Shown: positions 19,502 through 29,042 of the stretch, piece after piece
How the letters are laid out: every line of letters begins with the position of its first letter
Numbering within the stretch: position 1 is the stretch's first letter
Source of the DNA: Gammaproteobacteria bacterium
GTDB taxonomy: Bacteria > Pseudomonadota > Gammaproteobacteria > Legionellales > Legionellaceae
NCBI GenBank assembly: GCA_026399205.1
Contig: JAPLRL010000035.1
Span: 15,310-79,309 of the forward strand
Reading direction: 5' to 3'
DNA length: 64,000 bases
The notes under the pieces: generated by a model
The model's input: the letters and a program-made list of their open reading frames with translations, nothing else
What the model was told of the DNA's origin: nothing
The model's database searches: none
Program-made: the position numbers and the translations under genes

Positions 19502-20776
19502 CTATGCCAAGTGCGGATCGTCATCCCGAGCGAAGCGAGGGATCTCCTTCAAAGTGGCACAGTGCCGCATCAAGAGATCCCTCGCTTCGCTCGGGATGAC
19601 GTGGCTTTTGGAACAATGCTCATTCTTTGGCCGGATTCCCGCGGATCTATTGACGGGATGAACGAAGAACTCCGCATCATCATCATCCAAAATAGACGCA
19701 ACCCATTGTTTTCGACTTAAAGAAAACAGTGGATTTAGCGTCTCTTCAGCGTCTAATGAACTTATCTCCGGCGAAACCTCTAACTCATCATCAATGAGGT
19801 CATCTAATTTATTCCAACTGCATAACTTATTCCAGAGTTTTTTCACACATTGATCTAGTTTTTCCCCTACGATGGCTAATAGCTTATAGGGAATCAGTAA
19901 AATATAACTTAACCTTGCGAACCCTCGAAAACAAAAGTAAGACGCTAGAACCAAGGTATCCAAAAAAACAGCATTTATTTTTTCAAATTTTCGGAAGAAT
20001 TGGTCTTTGCTTTTACACGAAAAACACGCGAGCAACACATTAAATGGATACTGGCAGAGTATGAACACAACTATCACTAATCCTAGTAAACCATCTCTTA
20101 CTCCCAGCAGCATTGATTTTAAATCAGATAAGATGGCTTTAAATGAGCGATAGGCTGAAAAAAGTTTATCTAAACTGGTTTCAGAAAATTCGTGTTTAAA
20201 TTGATCTCGAATTTTTTGTAATGAAAGAGTCACCGCTTGACCAAAAAAATTCAACACGTCTGCGTTCGGATCAGGGGGCAGAAACGAGTTCATCGCGTTA
20301 TATAAGAAGGTTTCAATATAATCAAAGTAATCAATGTCGTTTAATTGAATTGCTCTTACTGTATAATCAGATGCTTCATCTGGAACCAAGTCATTTTTTT
20401 CCGAATCAGTGACAACTTGAAATAAGAAAAAGTTTTTCTTAACTGATCGAGCGATATGATAAAACACGCTGACGAGACAGCGAACGGGAATAAAAAAAAG
20501 TTCAGTAAGGCCCTTTAGTCCACCATATAATTTAAGCAATAGAAGCAAAAATGGATAATAAAAATGGAGGATCAACATGCTCTTGATTCCCCCGCCCCTA
20601 CTCTCTTTATAAAATACGCATTTTAATAAAAGCACAGGAATAAGCATGAGGGCCAACATGATTAACATCAAACTAGCGCCAATGGTTTTTATCAAGCCCA
20701 TGCCTAGATTTTTCAATGCGTGTAAAAGTTCTCTGGGATGGTCGTAAGGGCCTAATTGCATGTGGTCCGCCTTCAT
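19502..20776 (-). CDS. hypothetical multi-pass membrane protein with an acidic C-terminal region; the tail is translated from repeat C3
   Basis: 424-aa ORF with several hydrophobic segments. The last 33 codons (..HVIPSEARDLLMRHCATLKEIPRFARDDDPHLA) read through repeat 19519..19601. Confidence 0.5.
   Translation of the reverse strand: MKADHMQLGPYDHPRELLHALKNLGMGLIKTIGASLMLIMLALMLIPVLLLKCVFYKESRGGGIKSMLILHFYYPFLLLLLKLYGGLKGLTELFFIPVRCLVSVFYHIARSVKKNFFLFQVVTDSEKNDLVPDEASDYTVRAIQLNDIDYFDYIETFLYNAMNSFLPPDPNADVLNFFGQAVTLSLQKIRDQFKHEFSETSLDKLFSAYRSFKAILSDLKSMLLGVRDGLLGLVIVVFILCQYPFNVLLACFSCKSKDQFFRKFEKINAVFLDTLVLASYFCFRGFARLSYILLIPYKLLAIVGEKLDQCVKKLWNKLCSWNKLDDLIDDELEVSPEISSLDAEETLNPLFSLSRKQWVASILDDDDAEFFVHPVNRSAGIRPKNEHCSKSHVIPSEARDLLMRHCATLKEIPRFARDDDPHLA
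19519..19601. repeat. C-family palindromic repeat (C3)
   Basis: CGTCATCCCGAGCGAAGCGAGGGATCTCC-N25-GAGATCCCTCGCTTCGCTCGGGATGACG. It is translated as the C-terminus of ORF 19502..20776. Confidence 0.85.
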
Positions 20777-20946
20777 CGCTTGATGAAGTAGTATACCTCA
20801 AATTAAGTTCTAAAAAAAGCCCAAATGGTATTTTTGCAGCCAATCAACGTTCTCAATGTGTTCGCCCCCCCATTGAGAGGGGGGGGGCAGATACGACAGC
20901 TAGGTTGCTGGATTACAGGCTCAGTGCTTTTTTGACTTAAAGCAGA

Positions 20947-22455
20947 TTAAGATGTCGCCCCAGGCGCGCCGGGTTGAAGCAAGTCTTCCGCATTAAGTTC
21001 GAGAACATTTGCCTTTCCATCTTCAATCAGCCGCAGTGACGCGGCAAAATCGGCCCGCGGCCCGCCGCGCCCGAGCCGCCAACGGCAGCGCGCGCACGGG
21101 CCCACGTTTTTATATATAGAAACCAAAGAATCCCCAAAACCTGCGCTAAAACGACCTTCGGAGAAAACTAATTCAAGCTCCCCGTCCCTCCTCCAGTTTG
21201 TAATCGCAAAGCTTCGTACGAAAGGTGAAGCATTAAAATCTGGAAGCGGGTAAAACGGCCTATTAGGCTCGCAAAATCTCTGTAAAAGCCATAAGACCTC
21301 TTTTTGTGCTCTATTCATCTCATTGAGCCAAAATTGGTCGACAGGCCCCCAATTGTCATCAACGAGCGCTTGAGCAATCAACTGAAAATAGCGTCGGTAG
21401 ACGGTAGGTAGTCTAAACTCAATGCGATGGTCGTGATAAGAGATGTCTTCACGAACGTACCGAATGCCCTTGCGAGAAAGCGTTAGAGGCTTATTCGTTT
21501 CTGGGTGTTTGATAAGTTGTGCTATCAATTGATGATCGCAGTCACTCGAACGACGTGCTGAGTTATCTATCATTTGAGTGAATAAGGGTTTCAATTGTGC
21601 CAAGGCTTCTTTATCAACGTTAAGCAGAGTTACCTGTAGCAAAGCTTGATTAGCATAATATAGCCCATCATTGTAAAAAATTAGTCCATCTTTATTTTCA
21701 AGTAGAGGAATCGATAATGGGGTCTCAGGAAATGTCGTGCGGTCTATCCATGATTTGATTTCTGAGAAAGGCAATGTCGTTGGGTCTCGGTCTAATTTCA
21801 CTAAATCAGCGCCGCCGCTGTCGATTTCATCATATTGAATTTGCTGAAGCCTTCCCATCTCTGCTGTCATGTAAGGCATCACCATCCCCATGATTTGACG
21901 TTTCATATCTCCATCACAGATAAATGTCATGGCTTGGAAGGTGGAGAGTTTATGATAAGTATCACCTGCAGGGGTGGTGATATGGCGTGCTTTTTCAAAA
22001 ATAGATCCTGGGTTTTTAGCAACGAGTGCCTTCAAGCCATCTAAATCAGCCTGGACCACGCAAGTTAACAGGTGACGTACGTTTGCGGTTCTAGCAAAAA
22101 GACCATGGTGTCTTGTGGATGAAGCGGATAGTCTCCCTTCGTCTTTAGCAGGTAGATAATCTGCAACCGCACCCATCACTTCAAGTGATAATGGCTCAAG
22201 GGTACCCCCTGAAGACCGCATGAAATCCTTGCAGAGGGTCTTCATTTCTATTTCCGTTATTGAAAGATGCTTTGCAAGATAATCATCAAATAAATGTTCA
22301 AGTGTTTTTCCTTCAGCAATGAAAAGCTTTTCCTCTGATGGCGTGAGGGCGGTTATCAATGCAGGGTTGTCCTTATACTTATTGCTTCTTTTTACATAGC
22401 GAATCAGTCGATTGATCACTGTTTCTAAGCTAGTCAATTCAGATTTTGTAGGCAT
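20947..22455 (-). CDS. hypothetical protein with a possible F-box-like motif
   Basis: 502-aa ORF. Residues LSLEVMGAVADYLPAKDEGRLSASSTRHHGLF fit the F-box spacing L-x-x-E-[IV]-[LM]-x2-[IV]-x3-L-x3-D-x3-L. The 3' end is anomalously GC-rich. Confidence 0.55.
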   Translation of the reverse strand: MPTKSELTSLETVINRLIRYVKRSNKYKDNPALITALTPSEEKLFIAEGKTLEHLFDDYLAKHLSITEIEMKTLCKDFMRSSGGTLEPLSLEVMGAVADYLPAKDEGRLSASSTRHHGLFARTANVRHLLTCVVQADLDGLKALVAKNPGSIFEKARHITTPAGDTYHKLSTFQAMTFICDGDMKRQIMGMVMPYMTAEMGRLQQIQYDEIDSGGADLVKLDRDPTTLPFSEIKSWIDRTTFPETPLSIPLLENKDGLIFYNDGLYYANQALLQVTLLNVDKEALAQLKPLFTQMIDNSARRSSDCDHQLIAQLIKHPETNKPLTLSRKGIRYVREDISYHDHRIEFRLPTVYRRYFQLIAQALVDDNWGPVDQFWLNEMNRAQKEVLWLLQRFCEPNRPFYPLPDFNASPFVRSFAITNWRRDGELELVFSEGRFSAGFGDSLVSIYKNVGPCARCRWRLGRGGPRADFAASLRLIEDGKANVLELNAEDLLQPGAPGATS

Positions 22456-22527
22456 ATGACACCTTTAGTGGAAAATTATACGGCACATTGTAACATAATT
22501 TCATTAGGACTTACGCAAAACGTGTAG

Positions 22528-22580
22528 GTCATCCCGAGCGAAGCGAGGGATCTCCTGCAACTACGAGGGGATCCTTCAGC
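22528..22580. repeat. C-family repeat, right arm degraded (C4)
   Basis: GTCATCCCGAGCGAAGCGAGGGATCTCC..GGGGATCCTTCAGC, intergenic. Confidence 0.7.
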
Positions 22581-22697
22581 TACAAGCATGGAATGCTGCC
22601 AATCATCCATACTGCATGTTTTTACTCTGAATTGGGATTAAAGTTTTTCTCAATTTAAACGCCAACATCAATATACCCATGACAGATTGATTTCATC

Positions 22698-23417
22698 ATG
22701 AAAGTTCAATCAATATTCATTTGCATCTGTTTGCTTGTCAGCTTGGAAGCGTTTCCACAGCCGAGATATAGTGAATCATTATGTCATGAAGTCGATTATT
22801 TTTGTATGACCGTCAAGGATGGAGAGACTTGGGACTCTCTTTTTCCCGATCAAGAAGTACAAGATATTATCATGCGGGTCAATAGAATGAACGTCTATTT
22901 AAAACGCGGCATGATTCTTGCCATTCCTAAGCAATTAGAAGGCATGAGCATGTATGATTTTTCCCCCTTTCCAAGATACATTGAAGCCCCTGGCGAAAAA
23001 ACAATTTATGTTAATCAAAGACTTCTTGCCTGGGCTGCCTATGATGACAAAGGAGAGTTAATTTGGTGGGGGCCTATTTCTTCTGGCATGGGCGCGAGTT
23101 GCTCTGCACCGGGTGGATGTGAAAGTCCTTCTGGATTTTTTAGAGTCATCCGCAAACAAGATGAAACTTGTATTTCTACGGCATTTCCTCGACGTTTCGA
23201 TGGTGAAAGCGGTGGTGCAGAAATGCCTTATTGTATGCATTTTTTTCGTGGATATGCATTACATGGCAGTGATGATTTACCAGGGTATCGTGCAAGTCAT
23301 GGGTGCATCCGCTTATTTAGCCAAGATGCCCAATGGTTAAATGAAGAGTTTGTTGAGCTTCCCGGTGAAGGCGGACTCAAAGGCACGCGAGTCATTGTTG
23401 AGGGAATCACTGGTTGA
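22698..23417 (+). CDS. L,D-transpeptidase (YkuD) domain protein, EnhA-like, with a LysM-like N-terminal segment
   Basis: Has a signal peptide and the YkuD catalytic motif ..MPYCMHFFRGYALHGSDDLPGYRASHGCIRLFSQDAQWL. Confidence 0.8.
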   Translation: MKVQSIFICICLLVSLEAFPQPRYSESLCHEVDYFCMTVKDGETWDSLFPDQEVQDIIMRVNRMNVYLKRGMILAIPKQLEGMSMYDFSPFPRYIEAPGEKTIYVNQRLLAWAAYDDKGELIWWGPISSGMGASCSAPGGCESPSGFFRVIRKQDETCISTAFPRRFDGESGGAEMPYCMHFFRGYALHGSDDLPGYRASHGCIRLFSQDAQWLNEEFVELPGEGGLKGTRVIVEGITG

Positions 23418-23474
23418 TTCATTCCGTTTTTGATACGATATGCAGCTATCGTATTTTAACGGAGCCTATAGACT

Positions 23475-26150
23475 ATGCGTATCGGGAAGGACTCACTTCA
23501 AACACTGCAAACCTTAAACGTAGACGGCACAAGCTATCACTATTTTAGCCTTGAAAGCCTTGAAAAAAACCATTTCCCCGGCATTCATCAGCTCCCGCGC
23601 TCCCTTAAAATTTTACTTGAAAATTTACTACGGTTTGAAGATGGAAAAACCGTGACCACACAAGATATCGAAGCGATTCAAACTTGGTTGAAAACCAAAA
23701 CATCTAGCCATGAAATCGCCTATCGACCCACCCGCGTTCTCATGCAAGATTTCACAGGTGTCCCTGCGGTCGTTGATTTAGCCGCCATGCGTGATGCGCT
23801 GAAGCAATTAGGCGGTCAACCCGAAAAAATTTCTCCTTTATCTGTGGTTGATTTAGTCATTGATCACTCTGTGATGGTCGATTATTTCGGATCTAAAACA
23901 TCCCTAGCCTTGAATACCGAAAAAGAAATGGAGCGCAACCGAGAACGCTATGCGTTCTTAAGATGGGGGCAAACCGCGTTTAATAATTTTCGAGTCGTAC
24001 CACCGGGTACCGGCATTTGTCATCAAGTTAATTTAGAATACCTTGCTAAAACCATTTGGCACACGACCATTGATAACAAACAATACGCTTATCCTGATAC
24101 CGTTGTCGGTACAGATTCACATACCACTATGATCAACGCACTAGGCGTCTTAGGATGGGGTGTAGGCGGGATTGAAGCCGAAGCCGCCATGTTAGGCCAG
24201 CCCATTTCGATGTTGATTCCAGAAGTGGTTGGTGTTGAATTACTTGGAAAATTACCCGAAGGGGTCACGGCAACCGATTTGGTTCTAACCATCACGCAGT
24301 TGCTTAGAGCCAAAGGGGTTGTGAGTAAGTTTGTTGAATTTTATGGCCCAGGGCTCCCCTCTCTTGCGCTGGCTGATCGCGCAACCATTGCAAACATGGC
24401 GCCAGAGTATGGTGCAACGTGTGGGTTTTTTCCTATTGATCAAGAAACCATTAAATACTTAACCCTGACGGGTCGTGACACACAAACCATCCAGCTCGTT
24501 GAGGCTTATGCTAAAGCACAAGGTCTATGGGCCTCACCGACCAGTGAAGCGCCAATTTTTACCGATACATTAACCTTAGATTTATCTAGTGTTATGCCAT
24601 CTCTTGCGGGCCCTAAACGTCCTCAAGATAAAGTGACCTTGTCAACATTGCCTACCGCGTTTAACGCTTTATTAAAAGAAACCCAGCAAACCCCACCGTA
24701 TGCTGTGCATCCAGTAGAGCATCAGTCTTTTTCATTGCAACATGGTGATGTGGTGATTGCGGCCATTACCAGCTGCACCAACACCTCAAACCCTAATGTG
24801 TTAATGGCCGCAGGTCTGCTTGCAAAAAAAGCGGTCGAAAAAGGACTCAGCTGTAAACCCTGGGTCAAGACCTCGCTGGCGCCCGGTTCAAAGGTGGTCA
24901 CAGACTACCTAGAAAAAGCAGGCTTACAGTCTTATCTCAATCAATTAGGTTTTAATCTCGTAGGCTATGGCTGCACCACCTGCATTGGTAATTCAGGTCC
25001 CTTGCACCCAGATATTTCTAAAACCATTCAAGACAATAAACTCATTGTTTCAGCTGTATTATCGGGCAATCGAAATTTTGAAGGACGTATTCATCCCTTG
25101 GTTCAGGCAAACTGGCTTGCCTCTCCGCCCTTGGTGGTGGCTTATGCCTTGGCGGGTAATACCCGTATTGATCTAACGGTTGAGCCCATTGGCCAAGATA
25201 AAGCAGGACAGCCTGTTTACCTCAAAGACATTTGGCCTAGCAATGAGGAAATCAGTATTGAAGTCCATAAAATTACTCAATCCTTGTTTACGCATGAATA
25301 TGCACATGTGTTTGAAGGTGACCTAGACTGGCAATCGATTCAGACAAGCCAAGATAAAACCTATCAGTGGGATGCAGAATCGACCTATATTCAACATCCC
25401 CCATTTTTTATGAATTTGGCAGAAAAACCTTCCCCCATTCAAGCTGTACGTGATGCGCGTATTTTAGCGATTTTTGGCGATTCGATTACAACTGATCATA
25501 TTTCACCCGCAGGCTCGATTAAACTCACCTCTCCCGCTGGGCGTTATTTAACCTCAAAAGGGGTGCCTGAGGCTGAGTTTAACTCTTATGGAGCAAGGCG
25601 CGGCAATCATGAGGTCATGATGCGCGGGACCTTTGCCAACATCAGAATTCATAATGAAATGACACCCGGGCATGAAGGCGGAGTAACGACGCATTTCCCC
25701 TCAAATGAGCTTTTATCTATTTTTGATGCGGCCATGCTGTATCAAGCTACAAAAACCCCTTTAGTGGTGATTGCAGGAAAAGAATATGGCACCGGATCTT
25801 CTCGGGATTGGGCAGCAAAAGGACCCTACCTACTTGGCATTAAAGCCGTGATTGCCGAAAGTTTCGAGCGGATTCATCGCTCAAATTTAATCGGCATGGG
25901 GATTTTACCTTTACAGTTTACCCGAGGAAATACGCGTAAAACGCTTGAACTCACCGGCAATGAAATCATTCATGTTGATGTCAACGATAGCCTGCAACCG
26001 CAAGTTGAGCTCACTGTCCATATTGAATATGAAAACGGACATTTACAAACCCTTCCTGTTCAGTGCCGCATTGATACCACGAATGAGCTGCAATACTATC
26101 GTCATGGTGGCATTTTGCAGTATGTGTTAAGGCAGTTGCGGGGACGCTAG
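23475..26150 (+). CDS. acnA: aconitate hydratase A
   Basis: 891 aa with RVLMQDFTGVPAVVDLAAMR, GTDSHTTMIN, ITSCTNTSNP, GYGCTTCIGNSG and SGNRNFEGR. Confidence 0.95.
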   Translation: MRIGKDSLQTLQTLNVDGTSYHYFSLESLEKNHFPGIHQLPRSLKILLENLLRFEDGKTVTTQDIEAIQTWLKTKTSSHEIAYRPTRVLMQDFTGVPAVVDLAAMRDALKQLGGQPEKISPLSVVDLVIDHSVMVDYFGSKTSLALNTEKEMERNRERYAFLRWGQTAFNNFRVVPPGTGICHQVNLEYLAKTIWHTTIDNKQYAYPDTVVGTDSHTTMINALGVLGWGVGGIEAEAAMLGQPISMLIPEVVGVELLGKLPEGVTATDLVLTITQLLRAKGVVSKFVEFYGPGLPSLALADRATIANMAPEYGATCGFFPIDQETIKYLTLTGRDTQTIQLVEAYAKAQGLWASPTSEAPIFTDTLTLDLSSVMPSLAGPKRPQDKVTLSTLPTAFNALLKETQQTPPYAVHPVEHQSFSLQHGDVVIAAITSCTNTSNPNVLMAAGLLAKKAVEKGLSCKPWVKTSLAPGSKVVTDYLEKAGLQSYLNQLGFNLVGYGCTTCIGNSGPLHPDISKTIQDNKLIVSAVLSGNRNFEGRIHPLVQANWLASPPLVVAYALAGNTRIDLTVEPIGQDKAGQPVYLKDIWPSNEEISIEVHKITQSLFTHEYAHVFEGDLDWQSIQTSQDKTYQWDAESTYIQHPPFFMNLAEKPSPIQAVRDARILAIFGDSITTDHISPAGSIKLTSPAGRYLTSKGVPEAEFNSYGARRGNHEVMMRGTFANIRIHNEMTPGHEGGVTTHFPSNELLSIFDAAMLYQATKTPLVVIAGKEYGTGSSRDWAAKGPYLLGIKAVIAESFERIHRSNLIGMGILPLQFTRGNTRKTLELTGNEIIHVDVNDSLQPQVELTVHIEYENGHLQTLPVQCRIDTTNELQYYRHGGILQYVLRQLRGR

Positions 26151-26162
26151 TCACTAAAAAAC

Positions 26163-26211
26163 GTTGGGCCAAGGCCCAACCTACATTTCGTAGGTTGGGC
26201 CTTGGCCCAAC
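26163..26211. repeat. B-family palindrome (B3), inverted arm order, downstream of acnA
   Basis: GTTGGGCCAAGGCCCAACCTAC-ATTTC-GTAGGTTGGGCCTTGGCCCAAC. Confidence 0.85.
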
Positions 26212-26224
26212 AACAACATCATCT

Positions 26225-26782
26225 TCAATACGGCTTCACAATCACAGTCGTCCCAACATTTATAAAGTCTTCGTTGAGCCACCGTGCGGCACTAGGTAAA
26301 ACACGGATACATCCATGGCTTGCATTATAGCCAGGGACTTCATAGGCCGCATGAATAGAGTATCCTCCGCTAAAATGCATACAGTAAGGCATTTTAGCAC
26401 CACCATTGGTTTCAATGGGATAAATACTAGAGGTACACTCAGGACCTTTCTTAGAATACACTCTATATACGCCGGTCACTGTACGACACTTTCTTCCCAC
26501 ATCTTCACAATAGTCCTTACCGCCGGAGGCACTCCCTGTTTTGACTAAATTACCTTCGGCGTCATAAGCAGCCCAAGCAGGAACTTGTGGATCAAATACA
26601 AACACTTTCTTGCCTGTAGCTGGTCGGTGTAAAGGAAAAGAACTTTGTCCACGAGTGTCCGACAAATAACTCATGGTATGATGCGTATAACCTGCATCAT
26701 CAACAACAACCGTGGAGTCATCCATGCTCGCACACCCGACAGCGCAGAATGATAATGCGCCAATGATCAGTTGCTTTTTCAT
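26225..26782 (-). CDS. L,D-transpeptidase (YkuD) lipoprotein, paralog of 22698..23417
   Basis: Has a lipobox (MKKQLIIGALSFCAVGC) and the motif ..MPYCMHFSGGYSIHAAYEVPGYNASHGCIRVLPSAARWL. Confidence 0.8.
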   Translation of the reverse strand: MKKQLIIGALSFCAVGCASMDDSTVVVDDAGYTHHTMSYLSDTRGQSSFPLHRPATGKKVFVFDPQVPAWAAYDAEGNLVKTGSASGGKDYCEDVGRKCRTVTGVYRVYSKKGPECTSSIYPIETNGGAKMPYCMHFSGGYSIHAAYEVPGYNASHGCIRVLPSAARWLNEDFINVGTTVIVKPY

Positions 26783-26888
26783 ACACATACCCTCCTTATT
26801 TAATCTCTTTATCGGACGATATCTGTATAAATTTAGTGAAATTTGAATTATTTTTAAAATAAATGTTTTTAAAATGTAACTTTTCGTG

Positions 26889-26917
26889 CGTCATCCCGAA
26901 CGCAGTGAGGGATGACG
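26889..26917. repeat. C-family minimal hairpin (C5)
   Basis: CGTCATCCCGAACGCAGTGAGGGATGACG, intergenic. Confidence 0.6.
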
Positions 26918-26935
26918 TGGGGCGAGAGCAAGACA

Positions 26936-27682
26936 TTACCGCGGTTTTAATCTAATCCCCCCATCCAAGCGAACCACCTCGCCATTCATCAAGGTATTTT
27001 CAATCAAATGCTGCGCCAAAGCCGCAAACTCCGAGGGCTTACCCAAACGATTTGGAAACACGCAAGATTCGATTAAACGCGCTTGTATCTCTGGTGTCAT
27101 CCCTTGGAGCATGGGGGTTTCCATTAACCCAGGAGCGATGGTATTCACCCGAATGGCAAAAGAAGCTAACTCTCTTGCTGCAGGCAGCGTCATTGCAACG
27201 ATGCCGCCCTTAGATGCACTATAAGCCATTTGACCTATTTGTCCTTCAAATGCAGCAATAGAGGCGGTATTGATAATAACCCCTCTTTCTTCTTCTAACA
27301 GAGGAAGTAACATCATCTGGGCAGAGACTAAACTCATGATCTGAAACGCACCGATTAAATTAACATCCATCACTTTTTTAAATTGTGCCATGGGCATAGG
27401 GCCTGCTTTACCGTTCATACGACCCGCGCCCAAAATCCCCGCACATTGAATTAAAATACGTGGCGCACCCACGTCCTTGAGCATGTGTTGCATCGCTTGC
27501 TCAACCCCTGTGATGGAGGCTACATCACAGATCTGATAAACCACGTCAGGGATCAACGTCTCTGGCTTGCGTTGATCCCAAACCACAACACGTGCGCCTT
27601 GTGACAATAACTGCTCAACACACGCTTGACCAAGCCCAGAGGCGCCCCCTGTGACTAATGCAATTTGACCGCTTATTTTCAT
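26936..27682 (-). CDS. SDR family oxidoreductase, 3-hydroxyacyl-CoA dehydrogenase type II-like
   Basis: Shows ALVTGGASGLG, NTASIAAFEGQIGQMAYSASKGG and IRVNTIAPGLMETPM. Confidence 0.85.
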   Translation of the reverse strand: MKISGQIALVTGGASGLGQACVEQLLSQGARVVVWDQRKPETLIPDVVYQICDVASITGVEQAMQHMLKDVGAPRILIQCAGILGAGRMNGKAGPMPMAQFKKVMDVNLIGAFQIMSLVSAQMMLLPLLEEERGVIINTASIAAFEGQIGQMAYSASKGGIVAMTLPAARELASFAIRVNTIAPGLMETPMLQGMTPEIQARLIESCVFPNRLGKPSEFAALAQHLIENTLMNGEVVRLDGGIRLKPR

Positions 27683-27719
27683 GACTGCTGCCTTAAAAGA
27701 AGTATCTGAAAAAAGGTAT

Positions 27720-27783
27720 CCGAGCCGCGACCGTTAGGGAGCGGAAGTTTTAAAATTTCCGCTCCCTAACGGTCGCGGCTCGG
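27720..27783. repeat. A-family palindrome (A2)
   Basis: CCGAGCCGCGACCGTTAGGGAGCGGAAGTTTTAAAATTTCCGCTCCCTAACGGTCGCGGCTCGG, in a divergent promoter region. Confidence 0.9.
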
Positions 27784-27872
27784 TTAGATTGAGCAAAATA
27801 TTACGAATGGCGTTTCATTATGGAGACCGTAATAGTAATATTACTTTTTCTATGGCATCTACTCAAGAGATT

Positions 27873-28820
27873 ATGCTAAAGCGCAGGATATTATCCATCA
27901 TCTGTTTTTTCCTCCCCTTTAGCGTATTCGCAACCGATCCCTGGTTTACAGGCCCCATGCTCGCCAATGCCAGTCTCACCCAAGATAAAAATCATTTATC
28001 AACAGAGATCTACGATTTTTACTTAGACAATGAAGGGAAATACATCAAACATCCTTTAATAGCCCCCACCAGTTCAGAGCTCAGTAACTCTGGTGTCATT
28101 GAGGCGATTCTTGGGCTCACCGATACCATCGATGTGGAGCTCACGGCTAATTATAGTCATAACATGGACCATGGCTTCAGCTCAGATGCATTCGGTGACA
28201 CCAATTTATTAATGGGATTGCAGCTTTTAGCTCAAGATCACCGCCCTAATCGCATGGATATCAGACTCACCGTTCAAGAAACCATCCCCACCGGACGCTT
28301 CAAGGATCTTAACCCTATCGCCAATGGCACAGACTCTTCAGGCTTAGGCAGCTATCAAACCAATATGGGGCTTAATCTTGGCTATACGTTTGAACCTTTC
28401 ATTGGGCATTATCTAAAAACCACAGTCAATTTAAATTACCTCTACGCTCAAACAGCCACCATTTCTGGGCTCAATGCCTATCTTCCTCTTCCTGTCACCA
28501 CCGGCAGCGTCAACCCAGGTAATTTAAAAAGCGTTGATATTGCGCTTGAATTGTCGTTAACCCAACATTGGGTGGTCGGGGTCGAAACCTATTTATCCCA
28601 TAGAGAAGCAGAAACATTTTCAGGCATCATAGATATCTATCGAGATCCCAAACGTAAAGTCGGCAGCGGCCTACCCACGACCACCTATACCTTGCTCCCA
28701 ACGCTTGAATATAACTACAGTGAAAACCTCGGGATTATCGCAGGATATTGGTATAGTGTTGGCGGTAAAAATGGCTCTAAATTCACTAGCCCTACGATTG
28801 CTGTTGTGTATATTGTTTGA
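27873..28820 (+). CDS. putative outer-membrane beta-barrel protein
   Basis: I set the start at MLKRRILSIICFFLPFSVFA (ATG 27873), which is a signal peptide. The sequence alternates in an amphipathic beta-strand pattern with Gly/Tyr-rich strands. The family is not firmly recognised. Confidence 0.5.
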   Translation: MLKRRILSIICFFLPFSVFATDPWFTGPMLANASLTQDKNHLSTEIYDFYLDNEGKYIKHPLIAPTSSELSNSGVIEAILGLTDTIDVELTANYSHNMDHGFSSDAFGDTNLLMGLQLLAQDHRPNRMDIRLTVQETIPTGRFKDLNPIANGTDSSGLGSYQTNMGLNLGYTFEPFIGHYLKTTVNLNYLYAQTATISGLNAYLPLPVTTGSVNPGNLKSVDIALELSLTQHWVVGVETYLSHREAETFSGIIDIYRDPKRKVGSGLPTTTYTLLPTLEYNYSENLGIIAGYWYSVGGKNGSKFTSPTIAVVYIV

Positions 28821-28865
28821 TGTGTAATTAGGCAACGTCCCTAAAGTTTTCATATATTCCGATCA

Positions 28866-29040
28866 GTCCCCTCTCCCGCGCGAGAAACCCTGATAAAACG
28901 CATAGGCTAAACGCGGGGGAGGGTTAGGGAGGGGGCTACAATAGGCTTGGGCTTTACCCCCTCCCCAACCCTCCCACGCGAAAAACTTCATCATGCTGTT
29001 CAAACTTCTAGCGCGGGAGAGGGGGTATTCGAGCGTAAAA
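28866..29040. repeat. D-family dimer (D5+D6)
   Basis: Same two-unit layout and orientation as 16047..16220, with different loop sequences. Confidence 0.85.
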
Positions 29041-29042
29041 AA

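Noticed and set aside
19380-19720. ORFs 19380..19661 and 19499..19720. Analogous small ORFs occur at 41512..41799, 50719..50904 and 58637..58912.
   Set aside because: All are translations across the C, B or E family palindromes (peptides such as RHPERSEGS, IPSEARDL, LGLGPT). They have no independent coding support.
23058-26130. Short antisense or out-of-frame ORFs inside the LDT gene and acnA. The same class occurs inside the RND genes, the KAS, manC, recJ region, bioF/bioB and the 1061-aa ORF.
   Set aside because: All are 60-130 aa and fully nested in strongly supported genes. Their composition is skewed in the way expected of wrong-frame translation.
16047-29040. CRISPR array hypothesis for the many short palindromic repeats
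   Set aside because: The repeats are dispersed across the window, irregularly spaced and of several unrelated families. They have no uniform spacers and no cas genes. They behave as REP/MITE elements.
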